Shown here piece after piece: positions 1 to 8,169 of a stretch of DNA of 18,856 bases. The stretch lies in contig JBHLRP010000058.1 in assembly GCA_048882485.1 (NCBI GenBank), positions 1 to 18,856 of the forward strand, written 5' to 3'. How positions within the stretch are numbered: position 1 is the stretch's first letter; each line of letters opens with the position of its first letter. Made by a program: the position numbers and the translations under genes. The notes beneath the pieces are model-generated. The model saw only the letters and a list, made by a program, of their open reading frames with translations. It did not search any database and was not told the DNA's origin. The stretch is from Candidatus Thorarchaeota archaeon (lineage in GTDB: Archaea; Asgardarchaeota; Thorarchaeia; Thorarchaeales; Thorarchaeaceae).

Positions 1-585
1 CTCAATGCATTGATGATGCCGCACCTAGAGGGCTACATTGGCATTACAGAGGTGCAGTTCGGTATAATCTTGAGTGCTGGGGCCGCGGTAGGCACGCTAA
101 CAGCATACATCCTTGGTACCAAGAAGAAGATACCTTACCCACTCTACCTAGTTTCAATCGCAGGTCTAGTAGCGGGAATCTCAGTCATCGGTCTTGCTTT
201 CTCGACGGAATTCTGGAGTGTACTTCTATCATGGGCACTCATCGGATCTGTTGACGTCATGCTCAACATTCCCCTTACCACTCTCATGCAGGACTTGGTT
301 GTGGACAACTACCGAGGAAGAGTGTTTGCACTCCTCAATGTAGTCTTCACAGCAGTACAAGTAATTGGTATGGCTATAGGTGGAGTCTGGGCCGAGGCAG
401 TAGTTTCAACCATCGCCCCGCTGATTGGCGCAGCCATCGGACTTGTGGTAGTATCAGTTCTGGGTGTGCTGGTAGTATCCAAATGGGACCTACACGGTAA
501 ACTAGACATTATGCTGAATGACTCGGAAATACACGTTGCTAGAGACACCGAGTCCTCAGAGGTCGCGCTTGAGGCAGCCACCTGA
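1..585 (+). CDS. MFS transporter, C-terminal part (runs off the window start)
   Basis: Frame 1 is open from base 1. Several hydrophobic helices, and the MFS loop motif 'LMQDLVVDNYRGRVFAL' (cf. Q..VP...RGRV of DHA3/MefA-like exporters). Confidence 0.85.
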   Translation, partial: LNALMMPHLEGYIGITEVQFGIILSAGAAVGTLTAYILGTKKKIPYPLYLVSIAGLVAGISVIGLAFSTEFWSVLLSWALIGSVDVMLNIPLTTLMQDLVVDNYRGRVFALLNVVFTAVQVIGMAIGGVWAEAVVSTIAPLIGAAIGLVVVSVLGVLVVSKWDLHGKLDIMLNDSEIHVARDTESSEVALEAAT

Positions 586-594
586 AACGTGACA

Positions 595-640
595 GGGCGG
601 GAGAACTCAAAATAGTGCTCTCGCCCACCTATCTCTTTCT
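595..640 (+). terminator. GC-rich hairpin plus pyrimidine tract after the MFS gene
   Basis: GGGCGGGAG (595-603) pairs with CTCTCGCCC (618-626), followed by TCTCTTTCT. Confidence 0.45.
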
Positions 641-716
641 AATCTTGTAGCCCTATGCTGTATGATTCATGAGGATGATTCGTTCAAAAGATAGAACTTT
701 CTAATACTCTAGATAC

Positions 717-1532
717 TTGCACACAGGTTACTGGATTCGCGGTGGGATTTCATTGAGGTTTCAATCACGAATAGACTGGAACTCTAGGAGAGTAAGGGGT
801 GGGATAGCGGCAACCACAGTGATTCTTCTTCTACTGCCAGCAATATGGTGCAGCTTCTTTTACAGGCTTTATCCTCAGGCACCTGCAATGGGACGTGCTA
901 ACGTCGAAATACTAGCAGACACCTTTGTCAGCACTGAAGATGATACTGATCACTCAAGCGAGGCAATAATCAGGATTAGCAATGCATCTGATGGAGAGAA
1001 TGAAACACTGGAAATAGCCTTCTTCGAATTCGAGTTGTATCCTCCGCCAGCGACGTCTTACCTTGCCGATTTGGTGTTTGAATTTGACTGCTCAGAGGTC
1101 CCAATGGGCGGAATCTTGAGATTTCACAAATGTGAATCAGTCACACTTGAGTCTAATGTGACATTTCACAGCAGGCCTGAGTATAATCCTGTGCCATTCA
1201 CCAACGTCACAATCACACAGAATGGCACCTACACGGTTTCACTACATGAAGAGGGTGGCTATACTGATTGGTCTGTCCAATTTGGATTGTTTGCCATAGT
1301 TGCAGATGGTGATGCCCAAATCATCATTCATTCATCGGATGCCGAGCCCAGATTTCAACCTCAGATGGAACTCTTTTCTCCACTCGGCCTCTGGATTAAC
1401 CCTGCAGAAAATCCACAACTATGTTATGTACATCCTCTTGCATGGGTTTCAGTTAGCGCCGCAATCGTACTGCTGTCCATTGGGTGCGTAAAATCATCAA
1501 AATTAGGAAGTGGCGCTGAGGGAGAGATTTGA
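717..1532 (+). CDS. Membrane-anchored extracellular protein, possibly DNRLRE/CBM96-like beta domain (true start may be TTG ~753)
   Basis: N- and C-terminal hydrophobic helices. The 'ADTFVS...IAFFEFEL...SSDAEPRFQPQMEL' pattern resembles DNRLRE domains. Five N-glycosylation sequons (NAS, NET, NVT x2, NGT). The stop codon lies inside the antisense tRNA fragment. Confidence 0.6.
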   Translation: MHTGYWIRGGISLRFQSRIDWNSRRVRGGIAATTVILLLLPAIWCSFFYRLYPQAPAMGRANVEILADTFVSTEDDTDHSSEAIIRISNASDGENETLEIAFFEFELYPPPATSYLADLVFEFDCSEVPMGGILRFHKCESVTLESNVTFHSRPEYNPVPFTNVTITQNGTYTVSLHEEGGYTDWSVQFGLFAIVADGDAQIIIHSSDAEPRFQPQMELFSPLGLWINPAENPQLCYVHPLAWVSVSAAIVLLSIGCVKSSKLGSGAEGEI

Positions 1533-1535
1533 ACT
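1505..1535 (-). repeat. att-like displaced 3' fragment of tRNA-Ser (T-loop to CCA plus 6-nt trailer), lacking the intron
   Basis: 1505-1529 is identical to 4328-4352, and 1530-1535 matches 4383-4388. Minus strand reads AGTTCAAATCTCTCCCTCAGCGCCACTTCCT. Confidence 0.9.
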
Positions 1536-1659
1536 GATTAGATATCACATCAATCTCTAAGAAGCACAGAGATTCTGATTCAAGTTGAAACGTTAATCGG
1601 ATAAGAAAAGATATACCGCCGCCAAGCTTCTATCTCCAAACAACCTGGAGGGCGGCTTT

Positions 1660-3867
1660 TTGTCAAATCTCCGATACACGACACGGGATGGCTCAACAAT
1701 AGAGGTAGCCCTAGAATCTGAAGAGATAATTTTGAAATCTAAAGATATAGTTAGTATTGACTTCTCTCAGATTAGTGAACTAGAGAATCCGATACTTGTG
1801 CATTTAGACCTATCACACAATAAAATGGAACATGTCGACTTTTCACCATTGGCTCATTGCAGGAAGTTAAGGTCCATTACAATCTCCCATAACGAACTGA
1901 CTGAAGTTAACTTAGTTCCAATTTCAGGCCTCGACATCCATAATCTGGATTTCAATCACAATCACATTGAGAAATTAGAACTATGCAATTTGCCTAGTCT
2001 TTTACAATTGAGCTTAGCCAGAAACTGGCTAGAAACAGTAGACCTTACGCCGCTCTCACATAGTCATGAATTGGAAACGCTGGATCTCTCACATAATAAC
2101 CTTGAAAGCATCAATCTCTCTCCACTTGCGAAATGCAAGAAGCTTAGAGAACTTGACCTCAGAGAAAATCAACTTCGTCTATTTGATTTTACCCCCATCA
2201 AGGCTCTATACTCTTCAAAACAGCTCAATCTCCGATTTGACTACGAAGATATGTACAAGGATGAGCACAACTTGAGCATTGAGTACAGAACTCATGCAGG
2301 TACGGAAACCATTGAGTTTCCATTCATTTGCACATCACTATGGTTAGAAGGCAAAGGGATCACCGAAATTGATCTGGATCAAATTCGAGAATTCAAGAAC
2401 ATAACTCGCATCAATTTGGAAGCAAACCATCTCGAAGAACTTGATCTGTCGATACTTGAGGAGTATCCAAATATAGAATGCCTACGGTTGGGAGAAAGCA
2501 AACTAAGCAAATTGGACTTGACTCCCCTTTCACATTGCAAATCAATAGCAATCTTAGATTTAGCGAATAATGGAATTCAAGACTTAGATTTGTCACCTCT
2601 TGCCATGTGCTCATCTCTTGAGATTCTCATTATTTCTGGAAATACTTTGCAGAGAAATATTGGACTAACACCGCTAGTCAAGTGCCAGAATCTAACTCAA
2701 TTATTTGCATCAAACTGTGGAGGGTTAGGGGAATCGTTTACGCCTTCGCTCTTCAAGGATCATGAATATCTAACCCAGTTGAACTTAAGCGGTAACGAAC
2801 TATCAGGATTTGATGCGCGTGCTCTTGGACCCAAACCCAACCTCGAAGCTCTTAGATTGGCATCTAATGCGTTTACTTCATTTGACTTCATACCACTGAG
2901 AAGTTTTGAAAGGCTCAAAGTCATTGACTTAGCCAACAATCCATTATCCAAAGTTGATTTGAGTCCTCTTTCTTCAAATACACCACTCTGTGTATTGTCG
3001 CTGCTGGATACTTGCTTGAAAAGCATTGACATTACATCACTGTATTATGTAATTGCAGGCCATTCAGCTTATTCGGATATTCGACTTCAGATAAGCAGCA
3101 ATGCAGACGAAAATGTAAAGATTGGCACAAAAGGGTTCAGCGACAGAAGGGAGATATGTTTCTTAAACGGAGAAAAGAAGCAAACGATCACCTATCCAAC
3201 AGTGTATGAAACTGAATTCGCTATCGTGATTGATGATTCAGTAAGGGTAACAATGGACAAGGCATTCAAACCGACATCTCAAACAGAAGGACGTCGTATG
3301 TCGGAATCCCTCTACGACCGTATCGATTGGATTCCAAGTAAATCGATAAATTCGATTACTGAAGATGAAGGGCTTCAGAATTTCGGAGAACTCATGCACC
3401 GAATTGGATACAACCCAACCATCACTGCATACAGCATTCTTGGGATGTATGAGATTAGTGCAATGAGAGATATTCTGATTGACATAGTCAAAGATGTCAA
3501 TCCAGAAGTAAGTGTAAATGATGGAATCATACAGCTATATGATAGGTGCGTAGATTATCTATCAAAGGAGATTGAGAATGGCAGAAGTACAATTGATTTT
3601 GACATTGAAGAACTGAAACTGACTAGTGCGGCACAGCTCGTTTCAATTATTATAGAAAACAGACGAAAAGAAGTTGAGAGTATTGAGTTTGAAGTCAAGG
3701 ATGGAGAAGTAGTGCTGGAGCCTCTGATTCAGACATTCTATGGTGGGAAGATTTTGAAAGAACTAGACATCCCCCAAAGGACGCGGATAACTAGGGAGAA
3801 TCTATACTTGATACGGGATGAATTCGACAAAGCGGGAATCAGATTGAAAATGCCAAGGGGCTGGTGA
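1660..3867 (+). CDS. Leucine-rich repeat protein (735 aa)
   Basis: Many LxxLxLxxNxLxxxDLxPL repeats of ~23-24 aa in two blocks. TTG start with GGAGG upstream (~1647). Confidence 0.92.
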   Translation: MSNLRYTTRDGSTIEVALESEEIILKSKDIVSIDFSQISELENPILVHLDLSHNKMEHVDFSPLAHCRKLRSITISHNELTEVNLVPISGLDIHNLDFNHNHIEKLELCNLPSLLQLSLARNWLETVDLTPLSHSHELETLDLSHNNLESINLSPLAKCKKLRELDLRENQLRLFDFTPIKALYSSKQLNLRFDYEDMYKDEHNLSIEYRTHAGTETIEFPFICTSLWLEGKGITEIDLDQIREFKNITRINLEANHLEELDLSILEEYPNIECLRLGESKLSKLDLTPLSHCKSIAILDLANNGIQDLDLSPLAMCSSLEILIISGNTLQRNIGLTPLVKCQNLTQLFASNCGGLGESFTPSLFKDHEYLTQLNLSGNELSGFDARALGPKPNLEALRLASNAFTSFDFIPLRSFERLKVIDLANNPLSKVDLSPLSSNTPLCVLSLLDTCLKSIDITSLYYVIAGHSAYSDIRLQISSNADENVKIGTKGFSDRREICFLNGEKKQTITYPTVYETEFAIVIDDSVRVTMDKAFKPTSQTEGRRMSESLYDRIDWIPSKSINSITEDEGLQNFGELMHRIGYNPTITAYSILGMYEISAMRDILIDIVKDVNPEVSVNDGIIQLYDRCVDYLSKEIENGRSTIDFDIEELKLTSAAQLVSIIIENRRKEVESIEFEVKDGEVVLEPLIQTFYGGKILKELDIPQRTRITRENLYLIRDEFDKAGIRLKMPRGW

Positions 3868-3873
3868 TGAAGA

Positions 3874-4236
3874 ATGCCACAGAGTATGAAGTACATTGTG
3901 AGAAACGTGACTGATTCAATCAAGACAATGTTAGACTTAGTGAAAGAAGCTGTTGACGGTGTTTGGTTTAATGCATCATGGCCTCATGAGGCCGATGATA
4001 AATGGATAGAGGGAAATGAGTACGACTATGGCCAAACCGCGGAAGGCATCAAAATTCCTCTTAAAGAGCGCCAGCTGTATCTTGAGAGAGTCGAGGAAAT
4101 GATGCTCTTTCCTCCTCATATGGATGTCTACATAGAGATCAGTCCTGTATTGGATTCGTTCTATGGTGAAATATGCATATTCTACGGTGGTCTGAAATCG
4201 AGTAAGAATTTCAAGGTGCGGCGAATCGATATTTGA
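3874..4236 (+). CDS. Hypothetical protein (120 aa)
   Basis: ATG 6 nt after the LRR stop on the same strand, plausible composition, no recognised motif. Confidence 0.55.
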   Translation: MPQSMKYIVRNVTDSIKTMLDLVKEAVDGVWFNASWPHEADDKWIEGNEYDYGQTAEGIKIPLKERQLYLERVEEMMLFPPHMDVYIEISPVLDSFYGEICIFYGGLKSSKNFKVRRIDI

Positions 4237-4333
4237 ACTCCTAAGATTATAACGAATATCCTACATTTCATGGGAGTTCGCCTTGATAATCTACCCATGA
4301 TCTATATCAAGAAAATATGACTAAAGAAGGAAG

Positions 4334-4476
4334 TGGCGCTGAGGGAGAGATTCCCAACTCTCATGGAAATCATGAGAATCTTTGAACTCTCGAGTGCATA
4401 GCACACTGGATGTTTGCAGGACTGCTAATAGCTGCCTATAGCAATCCAGCTCCATACCAGGCTTGGATACCTCAGC
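4334..4476 (-). tRNA. trnS: tRNA-Ser(GCT), encoded CCA, two introns (37/38 at 4412-4438; 59/60 at 4351-4380)
   Basis: Acceptor GCTGAGG/CCTCAGC, discriminator G, CCA. D-stem TCCA/TGGA. Anticodon stem CTGGA/TCCAG with GCT at 4442-4440. Long variable arm GTGC-TAT-GCAC. T-stem GAGAG/CTCTC with spliced loop TTCAAAT. Both introns form bulge-helix-bulge motifs. Confidence 0.95.
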
Positions 4477-4502
4477 TTATTTTCCTGCGAATCTCAGTTT
4501 TC

Positions 4503-4518
4503 TCTTAAACATTGTCGT
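4503..4518 (-). promoter_or_regulatory. BRE-TATA promoter of tRNA-Ser
   Basis: Minus strand CGACAATG-TTTAAG about 30 nt upstream of tRNA position 1. Confidence 0.7.
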
Positions 4519-4593
4519 AGTTCCTAGATTACTCAGATTGAAGGGGGCATCAGGTCTAGGTCATGGAGCATATAGCATTCGAGCATTTCTGCA

Positions 4594-5757
4594 CTAGTCT
4601 TTGCCTTTACTTTGGTTAGCAGCAGTTTGAATGTCCTCTCCAAGATAACAGGCAAGCGTAAATGAAAGAACTAGAGAGATCACTCCCAGGATCGCCAAGC
4701 TGATGGCGAACAGAGGATTAACCAAAGGGCTAGCTGTATAGTGATAAATCTCAGCGTTGAAACTGAGTTCAACATCTGAAACGACTCTCTCGAATCCAAG
4801 GCTCATTGTGGCTCCAGAGGATGTTGAAATCCTAATCCACCAATTCTCCTCCTCACTCTCGTAATGAAGAATGAATTGCTCCCAACTCCGATTAATCAAT
4901 GCGGGTTCCCCGTTCGACGATATATCAAAAAGCCGCAAATAGATGGGTGGGGGCAGAGAGGTCATAGGATCATACGTAGTTGGGCCAGTGTACACATTGG
5001 GGACCGTGATGTTTACCCACATGATCGGGTTTTCCGAGTTAAGAACTATAGAATGGGTTTCTGTCTTCAAAACCTCTTTGCGAAGTACCTCATCAAAATC
5101 TCCAACTACATAACCTGCGATGAGTGGATTGACACTAAGGGCGCCCATGAGAGTTAATGACAGTATGATGAGTGGGATGATTTCGCTTCTGAATTTTCTA
5201 CCTTTCAATTTCCTGATAACATGCACCGAATGAAGTCTAGCAGCCTTCTGAACAAACCAGCTAATACCCATTCCTGTGAAGATTGCAGCAATTACACTGA
5301 CAAGTGTGTTACCCTCGTATGTTGTTTGCTGAGGTTGAAAGGAGCTTAGATACCATAAATACAGGAACAAGCTGAAATTGACAGTATTCTGTGTTTGTCG
5401 AGTAACGGTTACATAATATGTATAGTCAGCAGCTGTTTCGAATTCGAAATCCGTATGAACATACGTGAGGTTCCGCAGTTCGAATATACTACCGGTTGCA
5501 TTATGGACCCTTAAGGAAACTGGCGATCCATTCGTAGAGATAAAACCCACATAACATCGGATTGCTTCGTGAGGCACTGTATACTGAAACTCATTGTTAG
5601 TGTCATTCAGGGTTTCTTGGAATATACGGAGATTGATATTTTCTTCTGGTGGCAAAGATGGTCTTTCTAGATTGAGCGGAACTACTACGCTCAGAGCTGC
5701 TACAAAAAGCAGCAACGTTATAATTAACGGAACAACAGATGCGCGACTCACGCGCAT
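4594..5757 (-). CDS. Multi-pass membrane protein with two extracellular domains (387 aa)
   Basis: Four hydrophobic segments arranged TM-domain-TM-TM-domain-TM, with many NxS/T sequons. No family recognised. Confidence 0.7.
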   Translation of the reverse strand: MRVSRASVVPLIITLLLFVAALSVVVPLNLERPSLPPEENINLRIFQETLNDTNNEFQYTVPHEAIRCYVGFISTNGSPVSLRVHNATGSIFELRNLTYVHTDFEFETAADYTYYVTVTRQTQNTVNFSLFLYLWYLSSFQPQQTTYEGNTLVSVIAAIFTGMGISWFVQKAARLHSVHVIRKLKGRKFRSEIIPLIILSLTLMGALSVNPLIAGYVVGDFDEVLRKEVLKTETHSIVLNSENPIMWVNITVPNVYTGPTTYDPMTSLPPPIYLRLFDISSNGEPALINRSWEQFILHYESEEENWWIRISTSSGATMSLGFERVVSDVELSFNAEIYHYTASPLVNPLFAISLAILGVISLVLSFTLACYLGEDIQTAANQSKGKD

Positions 5758-5882
5758 GTAAGACCTCTCCTAACGCAATTCTCAAACTACAACATCGAGA
5801 ATACCATCTAATTGTCACCACAGTACATATGCTTTGTTAAGAATGGACAAATGCACTAATATGAAGCATAAAATCAGTGAAG

Positions 5883-5943
5883 AGGCTTGGATACCTCAGC
5901 TTATTTTCCTGCGAATCTCAGTTTTCTCTTAAACGTTGTCGTA
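5883..5943 (-). repeat. Direct repeat of the tRNA-Ser promoter plus first 18 nt of the tRNA
   Basis: 60/61 identical to 4459-4519 (single difference, 4511 a vs 5935 g). Confidence 0.95.
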
Positions 5944-5969
5944 TCCATCAAGAAGACAAGATTAGAAGG

Positions 5970-6285
5970 TGCAGCGGCCCCTTGACCTCGAGCGTCCTTC
6001 TCCTCAGTGCTATCAATCACCTTCCTCAGAGCAGCACCCTCTGAGGCTCCACCACTCCACCTTAGAGCTGTTCCCGCCAGGGCCTGACTCGGTTCGGTAG
6101 TTTATGCCAATCACAGCAATCCTACAAATGCTGCTATGGCAGTGACAGACTTCAGAGACCACCCGTCGCCGTCCAGTGAAAGGACACGTGAGTGTCCGGG
6201 TTCGTCCTCCGTTTCGGTTACTGGTTCCAGCTATTGCCATACCGGTTACAGGTCGCGGCAAACGACCCAACCCTACCCGCTGCGG
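5970..6285 (-). ncRNA. ffs: Archaeal SRP (7S) RNA
   Basis: Helix 1 GCAGCGG/CCGCTGC. Alu domain with helix 3 GGTCG/CGACC, a UGUAA motif, helix 4, and complementary loops TTGCCG/TGGCAA. Helix 6 has a GUAG loop. Helix 8 reads GAGT-CAGG-CCC-TGGC-GGG-AACA-GCTC. Length ~315 nt. Confidence 0.9.
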
Positions 6286-6305
6286 ACGGGGCTTTAGCAG
6301 TTTTG

Positions 6306-6320
6306 CCTAAAAACGTTGTC
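6306..6320 (-). promoter_or_regulatory. Likely BRE-TATA promoter of SRP RNA
   Basis: GACAACG-TTTTTAG about 25 nt upstream of helix 1. It shares GACAACGTTT with the tRNA promoter copy at 5931-5940. Confidence 0.6.
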
Positions 6321-6328
6321 AATCGTCA

Positions 6329-8125
6329 CTAGATGAATGCCCCAGCAGCCCGCTTTATCTCAGTGACTTCCTGTAGAACTTCCTTCTCGGAGGGGAGAAG
6401 ATCATCCAAGAACTTCTTCCTCATCGCAAGAATGTGCTTTTCTGGGATGTCTGCGTAAAGAACTTCATCGTTCTTCACTTGGCGACCAATGGTAGGTCCT
6501 CTAATGGATACTGCAACCTCCATCCCGTTTGTGGCTTCATCTACAGGCACGCTGCGGTCCTGAATCTGAAGAATCGTGCCGACACGCCTACCTTCTGAGT
6601 TTATCAGGCCAGTTCTCGGTTTGATACTTCCGTAAACCCTCACACCCACGATTGCAGGGTCTTTCTGCCTAAAGACATATTCAGGAATTAGTTCGAGTTT
6701 TCCAGGTCTAATTAGAGACCCGAGCGATTCTGCTTTAGCCTGTTCTCTCTTGACAATCAACCATGCATTATAATCGTCATACAATCGATAAATGACTTCA
6801 TTCAGAAAGGTTTCAACACCATATTCCGCAGCCAAATCCTCGATATCAGGTGCGAACTTCACATTGAATCCCAATACCACGGCGTTCAGAGGCTCAGTAT
6901 CTCCTGCAGCCTTGGCTTCGACAATGTCACGTTTCACTATGTTCCCCACATCAGCCACTCTGACTGGGACATTCCGGTCCTGCAGAAACTGAGTCACAGC
7001 TTCAAGTGATCCAAGAGTATCAGTCTTGACTACTATTCCGGAGGAGTCTCTTTGAATTCGGATAGAACTGACCTCTTCCTGGACCTTCTGTTTCATGGCT
7101 TCAATGTTTTCTTTCTTGTCAACTGCATACACAGGAGCCCCCGCTACTGCTCCTTCAATGTCAGGAGAAACTATCTTGACACCTGCTGCGGCATGAACTT
7201 CTTCAACAGGCGTGAACTTTTCTTTTGGATCACGAATCTCATCAAGTTCCTTAGGCTGCAATAGTGTCCGAATCTTTGCGACAATGACATTGTCAAGCCC
7301 ACCGATGACCACAGTATCGGTCTTCCTCAGGATTCCTTCGTAAATGATTGTGTCAAGAGTAATCCCAAGACCTGTTTCTTCGCGAACTTCCAGAATAGCT
7401 CCTCGGGCGGGACCTTCAGAAATCCGCAATCGGTCCTTCATGTATTGTTGAGTGAGACCGGATAAGACCATGAGGAGTTCAGGAATTCCTGTACCGGTCT
7501 TTGCACTTGTAGGTACGATAGCTATCGTCTTTGTGAAGTCTTCAACTCTGTCGAACCTTTCCGAGTCATAACCGTTGGCTGAGAGGGCTCCAACAATCTC
7601 ATAGAGACGTCTGTCAACCTCAGATTGAGTAGTAGTACCCTGGGCCTTGATGGCCTGGAAGAGATTCATACCATCTTTTTCACGCCATCCAGGCACCTTG
7701 TCCAACTTGTTTGCTGCAACAAGAAACGGAGTCTTCCCTGATTGTAGAATCTTCAACGATTCGTAGGTCTGAGTTAGAGCCCCCTCGTTGATATCAATAA
7801 CAAGTATAGCGATATCTGCTATCGCTCCACCCCGACGTCTCAAGTTCAGATATGCCTCGTGACCGGGAGTATCAATGAACAAAAGCCCATCAATAGTCAG
7901 TTCTGTCTTTGTGCTCTCAAGAAGATCTCCACATATTGCCTCGATGGTTTCGGTTGGGAAGAACGAAGCGCCAATGTGCTGAGTTATTCCAGCAGCCTCA
8001 CGGTCCTGCACTGCAGTTCCACGCATCTTATCGAGAAGAGAGGTCTTGCCATGGTCTATGTGGCCCAACACAGTGACTATTGGAGAACGTAGTTTGGCTT
8101 CGTTACCTTTCCCGGAATCAGCCAT
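6329..8125 (-). CDS. infB: Translation initiation factor aIF5B (IF2)
   Basis: LRSPIVTVLGHIDHGKT, GITQHIGA, DTPGHE, NKLD, DTLGSLEA. Start placed at ATG 8125 (MADSG) after the SD GAGGTG. Confidence 0.97.
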   Translation of the reverse strand: MADSGKGNEAKLRSPIVTVLGHIDHGKTSLLDKMRGTAVQDREAAGITQHIGASFFPTETIEAICGDLLESTKTELTIDGLLFIDTPGHEAYLNLRRRGGAIADIAILVIDINEGALTQTYESLKILQSGKTPFLVAANKLDKVPGWREKDGMNLFQAIKAQGTTTQSEVDRRLYEIVGALSANGYDSERFDRVEDFTKTIAIVPTSAKTGTGIPELLMVLSGLTQQYMKDRLRISEGPARGAILEVREETGLGITLDTIIYEGILRKTDTVVIGGLDNVIVAKIRTLLQPKELDEIRDPKEKFTPVEEVHAAAGVKIVSPDIEGAVAGAPVYAVDKKENIEAMKQKVQEEVSSIRIQRDSSGIVVKTDTLGSLEAVTQFLQDRNVPVRVADVGNIVKRDIVEAKAAGDTEPLNAVVLGFNVKFAPDIEDLAAEYGVETFLNEVIYRLYDDYNAWLIVKREQAKAESLGSLIRPGKLELIPEYVFRQKDPAIVGVRVYGSIKPRTGLINSEGRRVGTILQIQDRSVPVDEATNGMEVAVSIRGPTIGRQVKNDEVLYADIPEKHILAMRKKFLDDLLPSEKEVLQEVTEIKRAAGAFI

Positions 8126-8169
8126 TGGTGACACCTCACAAGAAGACTTGCAGCGCGGCACGTGTTGAT

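Noticed and set aside
1618-1661. GCCGCC/GGCGGC hairpin plus T-run over the LRR SD as an attenuator
   Set aside because: A short stem with a single instance; not enough support.
1505-5943. Split (trans-spliced) tRNA made from the 5' and 3' fragments
   Set aside because: The pieces cover only nt 1-18 and the T-loop to CCA, with no anticodon piece. I saw no complementary leaders, and a complete gene lies between them.
6023-6046. Extra helix CCTCAGAG/CTCTGAGG inserted in SRP RNA
   Set aside because: The same bases can form the normal long helix 5 with the 5' strand, and the total length is typical.
5970-6285. RNase P RNA, or the 85-aa ORF 6013-6270
   Set aside because: No GAGGAAAGUCC/P4 signature, while the Alu, helix 6 and helix 8 motifs identify SRP RNA. 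The ORF is a shadow.
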